Source: Escherichia coli
GTDB lineage: Bacteria; Pseudomonadota; Gammaproteobacteria; Enterobacterales; Enterobacteriaceae
Assembly: GCF_003790525.1 (NCBI RefSeq)
Contig: NZ_CP033636.1
DNA: 64,000 bases
Reading direction: 5' to 3' (one strand)
Made by a program: the position numbers and the translations under genes. Below the pieces are notes generated by a model that worked only from the letters and a program-made list of their open reading frames with translations, ran no database searches and was not told where the DNA came from. Positions 19,209-29,429 of this stretch are shown one piece after another (the stretch's first letter is position 1; every line of letters starts with the position of its first letter).

Positions 19209-20307
19209 TGCTTTCCCTCCATTCACGAAAAAGAGCTAGCCTCTGATCGTGATTGCAATAGTTGTTACGCCACATCGTCGGGATACCCAGGAGCCAGTGG
19301 TACTGTTTAGGTATGATTTGGTCGATGAGGCTTAACTCCGCCAGTTCTTTATGCTCTGCGCTTTTCCACTCGATCTGTCCCACATCAGGAACAAATACAG
19401 CGGTCCTTACTTTTGCGGCCTGGCGGGAAAATTCTATAAAGTTGATGCCCCACGGCGTCCAGTATCTGTACTGCTCGTTTAGGCCGATGTTAAACACCGG
19501 CAGAGAAAGAGTTGAGTCGGCAAAAGCCGAAATCACATTTTTGCAGACTCTTGGACTATCTATTTTTTCCTGTTCGGTTTTGAGATGAGTCAGCAGTGCA
19601 CGGTCAATAATGCTGTTAAAGGTGTTTGTATAAAGGCCATTAGGGTCAGGAAGCCGATCTATGGCAGTAATGATTTTAAATTTTAACCGAGAAAGAAAGG
19701 GAGAGTCCTCAATAGTAACTATATGACTATGTGTTGTTTCTGGATGAATCTGGGGTTTGATGCGCTGTACTTGTTTAAAAGAGACACTACCTGGCAAATT
19801 AATGAATGCGCCCACCGTGCGTGTCAAATCGACGAAATAAGGCAAAAGATAACAACCAAGCATACGGGCATTCTTCTTTACAAGATCACACCGTTCGTCA
19901 TTGTTATCGAAAGAAATACGGAAACTAACGAATTTACGTTCAGGACCTTCGCTGGTGGTCAGCGATTGAATCCATTCATGGCATGAACCTTGTGGTACCG
20001 ACCAGTAGCTGGTTTCACGGTCCCCAAAGGGATCAGTCGTGATCAACTCTCCCTTTAAAAGGAAAAGCTCAGACAGGGTATTTGCCATGGAGAATAGGGA
20101 ATCGATATCGTTGCTCTGACAAAATTTTCCCAAATGATGAAACGCGTTTTTTTCTATCTTAGTTAGCCGATCTCGAACTTCCTGAGAATCTGCGTACTTT
20201 AAACCCAAAGACTGAAAGCGCCTTTTTACGAGCGAGCGACATTTGCTGACTTTTAGTGCAGAGCTTAAAATTTGCTGGCGCGTCAGGACAATTTTTTCAT
20301 CCATCAA
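19195..20307 (-). CDS. hypothetical transfer-operon protein (370 aa)
   Basis: ORF track; overlaps traG stop by 4 nt, so cotranscribed with relaxase and coupling protein. Confidence 0.45.
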   Translation of the reverse strand: MMDEKIVLTRQQILSSALKVSKCRSLVKRRFQSLGLKYADSQEVRDRLTKIEKNAFHHLGKFCQSNDIDSLFSMANTLSELFLLKGELITTDPFGDRETSYWSVPQGSCHEWIQSLTTSEGPERKFVSFRISFDNNDERCDLVKKNARMLGCYLLPYFVDLTRTVGAFINLPGSVSFKQVQRIKPQIHPETTHSHIVTIEDSPFLSRLKFKIITAIDRLPDPNGLYTNTFNSIIDRALLTHLKTEQEKIDSPRVCKNVISAFADSTLSLPVFNIGLNEQYRYWTPWGINFIEFSRQAAKVRTAVFVPDVGQIEWKSAEHKELAELSLIDQIIPKQYHWLLGIPTMWRNNYCNHDQRLALFREWRESNGCG

Positions 20308-22388
20308 TGAAACTTCCTTAGAAATTTATTAAGATTTTTGATATCGAGATTTTGACGCAAAGTAACTTTTCCGGCCTTCTTGAAAAGCATTTCCGACAGA
20401 GTTGTGTTTGGCTTCATTTGTTTCTCAGCAACAGCAATAGGGATTTGGCCTACAACCTTCCTGCCATCTTGAAGCCTGGCAACTATGTGAAACATAGGGA
20501 CCTGACCCAAGAGATCCTTTGGAATACTCTCTTCTAAAGTTGTCTGCTTTCTTTCTGAGATTGAACCTGAGAAGTTATTATGCGGCAAAGATGTTTCTGA
20601 ACCGGTCGTATAAGTGACCATATTTGTGCTTATCGCACTCTTACCAAAGTTCTCTACAACAAGCGTCTGAGTAGGAGTATCGTTGACTCGCAAGCTTATA
20701 TAATTGTTGCAGAGCCCCGTAATTCGATTGGCAGTTTCAACACTTGCCGCAGCAATAAAGTCGGAGATGGTTTGGGTGCAAATAAACAGTGCAATTTTCG
20801 CTGCACGACCCTGCGCCAGAAGGTTAATCATAGGGTTGTTAATGGCTGAGTGTGCCTCATCAACAAAAATACTTATCCTGGAATTAGCTGACATATCACC
20901 ATCCTGAGCGTTGTAGCGACTACCGGCACAGGAGGTCAGATCTGACATTATTAATTGAGAAATAGCAGCTGCTGTATCGGGGTTTGAAAGGCCATCAAGC
21001 GAAATGTATAGCACCCCGCCAGTGCTGAACATCCCTTCGCTTGTTACAATTTCTCTTGATGATACTGAGTTCGGGTTAGGAGATAAAAGCTCATTTAAAG
21101 GTTTTTCAATGAGCATATCGAAAACAGGCATAATACCTGCGGTCATTTTAGCCATATGCTCTGGGTCGGACATTGAGTAATCAATAAGCTGGGAAACAGT
21201 ATCTAACCAGTCTATTTGTTCGGACCCCTCGTAATTCATGAAATGAGCCGTAAACCATTCAGCGAGACGCTTGAAACGTACCGGCAAGGTTTCGTTAGCG
21301 ACGTACTTAACTTTTTCGGTCCAGACATCGTAACCATAATATCTCGCGTAACATGACTCCATTACCTTGACTGTAAGATTCACAATAGACATGTGGCTTT
21401 TCATGTTCTTGTGAATCAGATAAATAGAAGGCTTTTTCTCTATGTAAGAAAGCCCGGAAATCACATTGGAAACGAGAGCCTTGGCATACTGAACGAATGG
21501 GTTAACCTCACCGGGAACTGTCACCAAGCTCAAAAGACGAGATGTTAGGTCAGAAACATTAGTATAGGTGTTGCAGACATCAATACAGACCGAAGATGCT
21601 GGCTGGCCAGGATGAAATTTATAGAAAGGAAGACCGAGGGTCTTAGCCTCTTCCATTAGAGATTCTCGCCACTCTGCATCGTTCTTTGGATCTATGACAA
21701 CAACAACATGACCAAGATGAAGCATGCTAATGCTTAGTAAACGCTGTAGCACCGTTTTCCCGGTACCCACGTTTCCGGTTATCAGAGTATGACCAAACCA
21801 ATTGTCTTCAGTTACAAATATGGGTTCCCTACGTTCCACAGCAAAAATTGCATTGCTGCCGCCCATCTTACGAGCCATTGCGTCAAAATGTCTCTTAATT
21901 GGGTTGAAGACGAATGGCAACTCGATCTCACGTTTATCACTGGAGAGGTTAGCTATTTGATATGCCCGATCCGCATGTTCCGGGCCCCACTCAAACCCAT
22001 CACAAAAATAGGACTTTCGCTCGGGTATATCCTTATTTTTATTTTGATAATCCTGAACCAGTTGACGATACTTTCGCTCATTGGAGAAAAAGTTACTTTT
22101 GTTAATTACACGCAGTGAATCAAGACTAACGAACATGAAATGTCGCTTGAATACACGCCAATGAGCCATCAAGAATGGCGCTGCTGTTTTGCAACGATAA
22201 AGGCACAGCAAAAAAAGCAATATTGAGGTGAACAGAACTATTGGGGCGATGTCCAGTCCGTCTGAAGAAAGTCCCATATAAAGCATAGAAACCGAACAAA
22301 TCAAAAGTATTGAGGCACTACGATACTCAAGAATAGGCCGATAAAAATTCTCTTGTGCATGGAGGTTAGTCCTCTTCGAATCTGACAT
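20304..22388 (-). CDS. traG: type IV coupling protein (TraG/TraD/VirD4 family), IncHI TraG-like (694 aa)
   Basis: Two N-terminal TM helices, Walker A ITGNVGTGKT, Walker B-like ISIFVDEAHS; directly downstream of relaxase. Confidence 0.65.
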   Translation of the reverse strand: MSDSKRTNLHAQENFYRPILEYRSASILLICSVSMLYMGLSSDGLDIAPIVLFTSILLFLLCLYRCKTAAPFLMAHWRVFKRHFMFVSLDSLRVINKSNFFSNERKYRQLVQDYQNKNKDIPERKSYFCDGFEWGPEHADRAYQIANLSSDKREIELPFVFNPIKRHFDAMARKMGGSNAIFAVERREPIFVTEDNWFGHTLITGNVGTGKTVLQRLLSISMLHLGHVVVVIDPKNDAEWRESLMEEAKTLGLPFYKFHPGQPASSVCIDVCNTYTNVSDLTSRLLSLVTVPGEVNPFVQYAKALVSNVISGLSYIEKKPSIYLIHKNMKSHMSIVNLTVKVMESCYARYYGYDVWTEKVKYVANETLPVRFKRLAEWFTAHFMNYEGSEQIDWLDTVSQLIDYSMSDPEHMAKMTAGIMPVFDMLIEKPLNELLSPNPNSVSSREIVTSEGMFSTGGVLYISLDGLSNPDTAAAISQLIMSDLTSCAGSRYNAQDGDMSANSRISIFVDEAHSAINNPMINLLAQGRAAKIALFICTQTISDFIAAASVETANRITGLCNNYISLRVNDTPTQTLVVENFGKSAISTNMVTYTTGSETSLPHNNFSGSISERKQTTLEESIPKDLLGQVPMFHIVARLQDGRKVVGQIPIAVAEKQMKPNTTLSEMLFKKAGKVTLRQNLDIKNLNKFLRKFH

Positions 22389-25300
22389 TATAGGTTCCCA
22401 GCCTCTTTCAGGTTATTGATAATTCGTTCAATGTCCACTTTCGCCCGGTCTGATGCGGCCAGCAAAGTAGGCATGTTAAATGCATGGCATTTTGTATTGA
22501 TCACAGCACCAGAATTAACGAGGTACTGAGGAAGCTTATTGAAAAGATCTTGAGCCTCTAACTGCGACCCAAATTTTTCCACGCAAGATTGGGTCAGATA
22601 GAGAGTATTAGGAGTACTTACCATAAATCTGTTTTTGCGCTTTCTTTTAAACGCCACCTCCATTTTGGACAGAATTTGATGCAGTACTGACGCAATTTCT
22701 ACAAATTCAAGCTCTGTAACGTCACCTTCGCTTATAAGCGAGAATTCACCATTTTGGTCTGATTCAGTAGTTGCAAAGACTTTACTGTTCAGATTGTGAC
22801 CAGAAACAGGTGATGCTGGTTTTTGTACTTCTGCTTTGTCCGATGATTTATTCCGGTTGCGCTTGGGATTTTGTTTTTCTACCGGTGCTGTTGGGGCGAA
22901 CAGTCTGGCCAGTGCTGGCGAAAGATGATGCCCCTTAGCGTCTGTGGGCGCATGCTCTCCATTTGATTCTTCAAGTACAGGAGGTAAGGCGGGCTCTTCA
23001 CTTGCCATCACACTGGTTGCGGCTGCTTCGGTCTGGGAATACACAACTTCAGCTGGTGGTGGGCAGTTACCCTCAGTATCTGGTTCTGAGTTTTCTTGTC
23101 CTACAGAAACATCCATAGAGCGTTCAATCGTACCCTGGGGATCAGCGTTCTGTTCTCGGTTAAGTTCTGGTAATTCTGACGGCTCGGGGAGAAGCTTTTC
23201 ATTATGGACCGAAGAGCTTGTTGCACAACTACCGACTTCTGGCCGAGAAACACTAAGCTGTGTGAAATCGGTATAATCAATGATCTCATGCTCTTCATCT
23301 TCTTCCTCAAAAAGATGTTGATAATGTTCATATTCCACAGCCTCAGTTTTCAGCGGACCAGTCGCGGATGCACTATCGGTTCCATGATATTCCACGTCGC
23401 CAGAATGTTCTTCGACTGCATTTACACGTGGGGGAGGCAGCTCAAGCGTTTGCTTTGGACGTGGGGCAGAGTTTTCAACAGAAGACTCATCATTAATCAC
23501 TAATGCCTGATACATAGAAGTATTGAAAAGTGACTTTAAAGTTGTTGGCCTTCTTGGCTCATGATAGGTGAGCTGGAACCCGGCGCAGTTATCGCCGAGC
23601 TGGACTAAACGCAGATCGTCAATGTCCCTTACTATCCACATTCCATCGAGAGAGCCTTCTCTGAATGTCAGTTGGAAATAGGGCTCTTCACTAAATGCTT
23701 TTTCATCTAATCCCGGCAGCAATGCCATAGTGGCATCTATGTTGAGGTAGGGGACAGCATCTACACACACTATATAGTCATTGGAAAGTGGAGCGCTTAA
23801 AAGGAGTTCATGAAGTTGGTTGACCAGGACATGGGATTCCGTGTCCTTTGCCGATTCATCTTCACTTTCTTCTATATCAGGAATGACAGGATCAGCTGCT
23901 TCCTCACCCTCAGATTTAACTATCTGCGTGTCATTATCAATTTCATTATCACTTTCGGCTTTCTTCTCAAAATCGTCGGATGAGCCTTCATTTTTCTTAG
24001 AATGTATATCAACATCAATAGAGGCAGTGGAGCGGCCTAAATCATTAACCTTAAGAACAGCCGTCTCAACAGTATCAGTAATTTTAGTTATAGCGTCCCG
24101 ACCGGGCACTGGTCTTCTGTATTCAGTAACTGTTTTTTGCTCGTCAATGTAAATAAAGTCTTTATTGGCATTAACGCTAAAAAGACCCGGCACTGAGTCA
24201 GGGATTTTATAGGAATCAAAGATTAAACCAATCCACCTTAGCTTAAGAAGGTTATAGAATTCTAGTTTCCCTATCCCATTTCTAAAGATGTTTGATATTT
24301 CGTTTTCCGAATAGATACCCGGAATGAAGTAGTGAACGACACGCTCATCATCATAGGGCTCGACGTAACCACGTTGAACTAGGGATTCTACCAATACCGT
24401 CTTACCAGCCTCTCCCTGAGGGAAGTTATATTTATGTAATTCGAAATCATTGAGAACAAAATCAAGGAATGCGTTCTCGTTAAGGTATACCTCACCATTT
24501 ACGATAATGATGTGCATAGGCTTAGCATTGTAATTGTTGATATTGATACTGGTAAAGTTGTGCTTGATGGTACTAATGGCCCTTGCTGCTGCATCATTAG
24601 AACGCAGACCCATGATAGGGTCACGTAAAACATTAAGGTCTGTACCAGTAGAATAGAAATCAGCGGTCCTCACGCATTTAGACAAAAAGTCATTCCCATC
24701 AGTATAAACGTTTAGGGCGGTGATCATTTTTGAATAAACACGTTCTTTATTTACCCGATCCAAAAATGCAAGACATACCGGGTTTAGGATTCGCTCAAGG
24801 AAAACGCTGGACCAGATATTATGTTGATTATGAATACGCTTTCGCCAGTGGATTTCGTATTCAACCACGTCATTTTCACGTGCCCAGTCAAGAAGACTTT
24901 GTGAGCTTGGCGTCCAAATGATCGGACTAGCTAAATTCAGGCTTACAATATCGAGATCGTAAACCTTTCCGGCATCATGGACTAAACCACAGATAAACGC
25001 AGCATAGAGATATACTTTTCTACGGACTACTTCTTCATCTTGATATCCGATTGGTCTCAGTTCTGAGTGATGCGCATTTTTTAAAGAGAGTATGGCCACT
25101 TCCAGGCTGTGAGAAAGTAACCCACCAATACCATTATGATGATGATTTTCGGAAGCTGGCAAAAGATGTATCCAGCGAACATATTCAACCAAGGGCTTTA
25201 ATACTAAATTAGTAAATGTATATGCATCGTCCCTGATGTCGCTATCGCTGATAGCTAACATCATTGAAATTGAGTGCAGCTTTTCCCGATACAGAGACAG

Positions 25301-25540
25301 GATTGACTGTTCATTAAATGTCTGTATGCCCGTCGGACGAGTTGGATACTCGATGAATTTCAGGACTTCTGGATTTGGATGATCAGGAACAGTGTACTTC
25401 TGATCTCCTAGAATCTGCGCAAAAGGAGAGAGGCTTGATATATCCTCAATCATTACAGAGGTTGCATCATTCTCCTGAGATGAGAATATCCCCAAAATCC
25501 GTTTAATACATAAATACAGCGCCCTGAAATTCATCATCAT
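22388..25540 (-). CDS. traI: MOBH-type conjugative relaxase, IncHI TraI-like (1050 aa)
   Basis: HD-hydrolase-like metal-binding motifs (HHHNGIGGLLSHSLEV, GLVHDAGKVYD) typical of MOBH relaxases; long acidic low-complexity C-terminal half. Confidence 0.6.
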   Translation of the reverse strand: MMMNFRALYLCIKRILGIFSSQENDATSVMIEDISSLSPFAQILGDQKYTVPDHPNPEVLKFIEYPTRPTGIQTFNEQSILSLYREKLHSISMMLAISDSDIRDDAYTFTNLVLKPLVEYVRWIHLLPASENHHHNGIGGLLSHSLEVAILSLKNAHHSELRPIGYQDEEVVRRKVYLYAAFICGLVHDAGKVYDLDIVSLNLASPIIWTPSSQSLLDWARENDVVEYEIHWRKRIHNQHNIWSSVFLERILNPVCLAFLDRVNKERVYSKMITALNVYTDGNDFLSKCVRTADFYSTGTDLNVLRDPIMGLRSNDAAARAISTIKHNFTSININNYNAKPMHIIIVNGEVYLNENAFLDFVLNDFELHKYNFPQGEAGKTVLVESLVQRGYVEPYDDERVVHYFIPGIYSENEISNIFRNGIGKLEFYNLLKLRWIGLIFDSYKIPDSVPGLFSVNANKDFIYIDEQKTVTEYRRPVPGRDAITKITDTVETAVLKVNDLGRSTASIDVDIHSKKNEGSSDDFEKKAESDNEIDNDTQIVKSEGEEAADPVIPDIEESEDESAKDTESHVLVNQLHELLLSAPLSNDYIVCVDAVPYLNIDATMALLPGLDEKAFSEEPYFQLTFREGSLDGMWIVRDIDDLRLVQLGDNCAGFQLTYHEPRRPTTLKSLFNTSMYQALVINDESSVENSAPRPKQTLELPPPRVNAVEEHSGDVEYHGTDSASATGPLKTEAVEYEHYQHLFEEEDEEHEIIDYTDFTQLSVSRPEVGSCATSSSVHNEKLLPEPSELPELNREQNADPQGTIERSMDVSVGQENSEPDTEGNCPPPAEVVYSQTEAAATSVMASEEPALPPVLEESNGEHAPTDAKGHHLSPALARLFAPTAPVEKQNPKRNRNKSSDKAEVQKPASPVSGHNLNSKVFATTESDQNGEFSLISEGDVTELEFVEIASVLHQILSKMEVAFKRKRKNRFMVSTPNTLYLTQSCVEKFGSQLEAQDLFNKLPQYLVNSGAVINTKCHAFNMPTLLAASDRAKVDIERIINNLKEAGNL

Positions 25541-25543
25541 ACC

Positions 25544-26281
25544 TTATCGACGTTTGCCTGACAGTTCGGCTGCAATGTATGCCTGCACACTTTTATATTG
25601 CATTACTTTGGTGATGAACTCTGCTGGACTGTATGGCCCATCCTTACGGCGAGAAACATTCAGAGTCTTTTTCACATTCTCAACATATAAATTAATACTC
25701 TTTATAATGTTGTGAGACATAACCGGATAGTCGCTTACAGCCAGTAAACCCAATGAGTTGTACTCATACATTGTGTTCATGAGCTGGTTCATCTCGAAGA
25801 TGTACTTGTAAAACCTCATGGTGTTGTGGTTATTGAAGTTGAGTTGTACTGGTTCAAAACTGAAAGGTACAAACTGAGTTGATGACATGAATGAGTCATT
25901 CTTGTCGAACTCAATTGACTTAATATAAGCAACAAGATTTTCTTTCATCTTATTGTTTTCTTCATGCAGCTCGTTGAACCAATCCTGAATAGCCTGAACA
26001 AGGTCAGGATGTTTAACTGCATCAACCGTTTTAAAGAGAGAGGAAATAGCGATACTCACATCATCAAAACCTCTGATGACTGCTCCATTTCTGGCAGTTA
26101 AAAACCGGTTAAAATCTGGGGTGCCGGGGTTAATAATAACTTTGGCCATACCCTGGTGCTCTGGTCTACGTTGAGTAGAAGTTTGAGCGTTTACGCCTTG
26201 CTTTTTATTTGAACCTTTTACCATTACATCTTTTGGTTCAATGTTAATACGCTCATTGTCCGTGATAATTGCGTCGGTCAT
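25544..26281 (-). CDS. hypothetical relaxosome-operon protein (245 aa)
   Basis: ORF track; GGTGG RBS; 4-nt gap to traI. Confidence 0.4.
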   Translation of the reverse strand: MTDAIITDNERINIEPKDVMVKGSNKKQGVNAQTSTQRRPEHQGMAKVIINPGTPDFNRFLTARNGAVIRGFDDVSIAISSLFKTVDAVKHPDLVQAIQDWFNELHEENNKMKENLVAYIKSIEFDKNDSFMSSTQFVPFSFEPVQLNFNNHNTMRFYKYIFEMNQLMNTMYEYNSLGLLAVSDYPVMSHNIIKSINLYVENVKKTLNVSRRKDGPYSPAEFITKVMQYKSVQAYIAAELSGKRR

Positions 26282-26763
26282 TGTGCCACCTTAGTTTTTG
26301 AGTATTGACGGATTTTTCGTCCAAGTTCGATATATGCTGAATGATAGAGCTCAAGCATTTCTCTGTAAGGCTCCAGCAATGCTTCCGTTTCAGAAATCAT
26401 TTCGTATTCCCAGCTGGCATGGTTTACAAAACAGTTCTTAGAATATTTTCCACTTTTCATTGGTTGCACCCGTTTTGACATGTGACTAGGCGCTCTTGTT
26501 TTATAAGGGCTGAACTGATGCCAAGTGATCGTTACTTTTCTGGCATTACCAATTAGCTCAACTTTTGGTGCGTAAGAACCCAGATACTCCCTCTTTGGAA
26601 CTTTGCTATGTCGGGTAAGGTTAATCTCTTGGTGGTTTCGTTCCTTCCACTTGATCCAGTATTTTGTAATGAGATCTTCAGCCTCAACACGCAAACCTTC
26701 AATCTGAGCACGTAAATTTTTACGTGTTAGCTCTATAGAACTTATAAGATTCGAATTACTCAT
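26278..26763 (-). CDS. hypothetical protein, possible relaxosome accessory factor (TraH-like), about 161 aa
   Basis: Start reassigned to ATG preceded by AGGAGG (track ORF extends to 26817); first gene leftward of the oriT-like region. Confidence 0.4.
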   Translation of the reverse strand: MSNSNLISSIELTRKNLRAQIEGLRVEAEDLITKYWIKWKERNHQEINLTRHSKVPKREYLGSYAPKVELIGNARKVTITWHQFSPYKTRAPSHMSKRVQPMKSGKYSKNCFVNHASWEYEMISETEALLEPYREMLELYHSAYIELGRKIRQYSKTKVAQ

Positions 26764-27030
26764 GACGCCTCCTGATGTGAAATTACTATACCGGAGGAAA
26801 TTTCCGTTTTTTTTCACGAACAGAAGATTTTTGAATGCTCTTTGATGAGGGAATTGAACAGATGTAATGCACTCGCTGTTTCCCCCATTCGGGAGGGGCC
26901 TTCAGAAACAGTAACAGCGAGTTTAGCCTCACTTCCATCGCTACCCTCTAAAGTTACTTTTGAGGGAATGACCATTGTGGATTATTGCTTTTGATAATGT
27001 GCATTGCTCTATTAAAGTTATACATATATC

Positions 27031-27194
27031 TAGTGCCACTTTTCCAAAAAAAATGACCCTATGGAACTTTGTCCATAGTGACACTTTTATAAAAAGTGAC
27101 CCTATGACGACATTACATAGGGTCACTTTTCAAACATAAGTGACCCTATGTGAGGTATTCATAGGGTCACTTTTCTTTGTTTAGTGATCCTATG
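27031..27194. promoter_or_regulatory. oriT-like region: array of three inverted-repeat pairs plus extra half-sites, consensus half-site CATAGGGTCACTTTT
   Basis: AATGACCCTATGG-N8-CCATAGTGACAC; AAAAGTGACCCTATG-N9-CATAGGGTCACTTTTC; ATAAGTGACCCTATG-N7-CATAGGGTCACTTTTC; lies between divergent transfer operons. Confidence 0.55.
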
Positions 27195-27521
27195 TAAGCA
27201 TGAGGTTGATGAAAAGTAAAAATGTCAGTTTATGACGGTCAGTGAAAGACGTCGTTATTCTAATCCAACGTTGGGAGGGGCTGGATTTAGGTTTTTTTTT
27301 AATCGCTTCACATTTCGTTAGCATGCGAAGAAATTTTGATAAAATTCTGGTCAGTTTGGTTAAAAAGTGTTACAAGTAAGCGGTGTGGTTGAAGGGATAG
27401 ATTTAAGGCTTATTCAAGCCTTAAGAAAATACTAAAAGTTACTTTTCACCCTACCGAACACCTAACAAAAAATCCATGTTGAAGATTTGAACAATTGTAA
27501 TGGCGCAAGGACAATCAGCAC

Positions 27522-28322
27522 ATGTCAGAATCTGATAATTTAACTCGTAGCTTACTCGGTAAACTTTTCCGCACTGAGATTTCGCTTATTCGTAGTTACC
27601 GTGCATTTTTAATGTTATTGCCTGTGCATGGATCTTCTGCATATCAAACTGGGACTCCTCTTCTCCAGCGTCGCCTATTTGGGAAAGGATTTAGTACAGC
27701 CGCTGATTTAGCTTTTGAAGTGGAAACACGTCCAGGTAGTTTTTTGGTTCCGCGTACACTCGGAAAGGAAATTACATGGGAGAGGTTTTTTTCTGCGGTC
27801 TTGGACGGTGATTCCAATGTAATTCGTGAATATGATACAAATGATATTGACTATGGTATTTACGATGCCGGTGAAAAAGTGACTTTTCTGAATGGTACAG
27901 TGGATATCTATAATCCCAAGAAGATTCATGAGTTGCGTTCTAAATGTGTTGATATACAGAATGACTACTTTATGCAGGTGTTCTTTATCTCAATGCTCGC
28001 ACCAGAGTTTGTAAGTGTTTTCTTTGGTTTAAAACCAACTACAGCTGATGCTATTAAAGACATTGGTTATTCATCGTTAAAAACAATTAACGATGTCGTT
28101 CTTTTCCCACGTACAATTGCTTTCTCACAAGGGCATATTGAAGAGAGTGTTTCACTTAAAACGAAAGTTTTTGCCTGGGCTTATGAATTGTCTGCTGACA
28201 TCCGGTTAGGAAAAGTTAGTGATGATTTGATGGAACTATTACGTTATGACACTATGTTCACCAGTCACCGTCAGGATGTGTTCAACACTTTAACAAATAA
28301 AGTTATGTTAAAGGATTATTAA
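27522..28322 (+). CDS. hypothetical protein (266 aa), possible transfer regulator (TrhR-like?)
   Basis: ORF track; first gene rightward of oriT-like region; identity not verifiable from sequence alone. Confidence 0.4.
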   Translation: MSESDNLTRSLLGKLFRTEISLIRSYRAFLMLLPVHGSSAYQTGTPLLQRRLFGKGFSTAADLAFEVETRPGSFLVPRTLGKEITWERFFSAVLDGDSNVIREYDTNDIDYGIYDAGEKVTFLNGTVDIYNPKKIHELRSKCVDIQNDYFMQVFFISMLAPEFVSVFFGLKPTTADAIKDIGYSSLKTINDVVLFPRTIAFSQGHIEESVSLKTKVFAWAYELSADIRLGKVSDDLMELLRYDTMFTSHRQDVFNTLTNKVMLKDY

Positions 28323-28323
28323 T

Positions 28324-28836
28324 ATGGCAAAGGTCGATCAAACAAAAGCTAATGCTCTATTGCGAGCAGCAAGGACTATGTCGCTTGGGGCAAATAAAAA
28401 TACAATACGAATTTTGTACGGTAATCATGTTGCTGAAAATATCGATTTTGAGCCTGGTGCAAAAACAAAACTCAAAAAAGGTATCCGGGGCTGGAGCAAA
28501 CGCACAGATAACCGCCGAGCTTTTTCTGCTGTTATTGATGTCGCAGTTAACTATTTTGGTTTTGATCCAATAAATCCGGAAGCGAGTTTTCGGCAAATTG
28601 ACTTCAACCGAATAATGAGTGTCCTTCATAATCTGGGATACTTTGTATGCGCACCGGAAGTTAATAAAATAATAGAAATCCTTACTTCTATGAAAGAAAT
28701 TGAAGAACTAGGTGCCTGCGAAAAATGTAAACGCCCATACATTGTGCCAGTGACAAATGATGCTTATTGTCCACGTTGCAGATTATCTTCAACTGCTTCA
28801 GCCATAGAGAGGTATTCTCAAGAAGAATTAGATTAA
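28324..28836 (+). CDS. hypothetical protein with C-terminal Cys4 zinc-ribbon-like motif (170 aa), possible TrhY-like
   Basis: CEKCKRPY...CPRCRL; start 2 nt after upstream stop. Confidence 0.4.
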   Translation: MAKVDQTKANALLRAARTMSLGANKNTIRILYGNHVAENIDFEPGAKTKLKKGIRGWSKRTDNRRAFSAVIDVAVNYFGFDPINPEASFRQIDFNRIMSVLHNLGYFVCAPEVNKIIEILTSMKEIEELGACEKCKRPYIVPVTNDAYCPRCRLSSTASAIERYSQEELD

Positions 28837-29429
28837 ATTTAAAAAAGATATCGCGAAACTTGCCTTGTCTGAATCTAAATATTGACTTAAGTCAAATTCT
28901 GTTGTTTGCTTTACAATCAAATATTAGTTACAACTTAAATATTAACTCTTGACAAGTAAAGATATAATTTGATTTTTCTTTATACAGTCTTTCTTCGTTC
29001 CAAAAAATGTTCACCTTTTTTTCTGTTGAAAACGTAAAACTACTTAGGTTCTCTAAAACCTTCTATGCATGACGACTTCTTAATCGCTTTCAATTAATAT
29101 ATTTTATATTCTTGCCTAAGTTCGCTTCTTTGATCCTTAGCTATTCCTTCTTTGAAATATAGAAACAGCGTTACTGGTGATGATTTTTTTCAGCTCTTAA
29201 TACACCTGTTTTCAAAGCAATATTTGCTTTTAGATATTCGATAAAACCATGTTTTTGTTACACCGGATTTTTCACAATGTGCAAGATGGATGATCTTTCC
29301 ATCACCGAGACTATCTTCTTAGTCAGCACTCCTTTTCCGTCCTTTTCAACATAAAAACGACCATGCTATACGAGCTCTAACCTTTTTTTTGTATGCCATC
29401 ATAACCGCATCAGAAAAGGAGAACGGTCT

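Noticed and set aside
22944-24921. Plus-strand ORFs inside the relaxase gene
   Set aside because: Antisense to the traI-like gene
27031-27194. Possible CRISPR array suggested by closely spaced repeats
   Set aside because: Units are palindromic half-sites with 7-9 bp spacers, far too short for CRISPR spacers, and no cas genes are present
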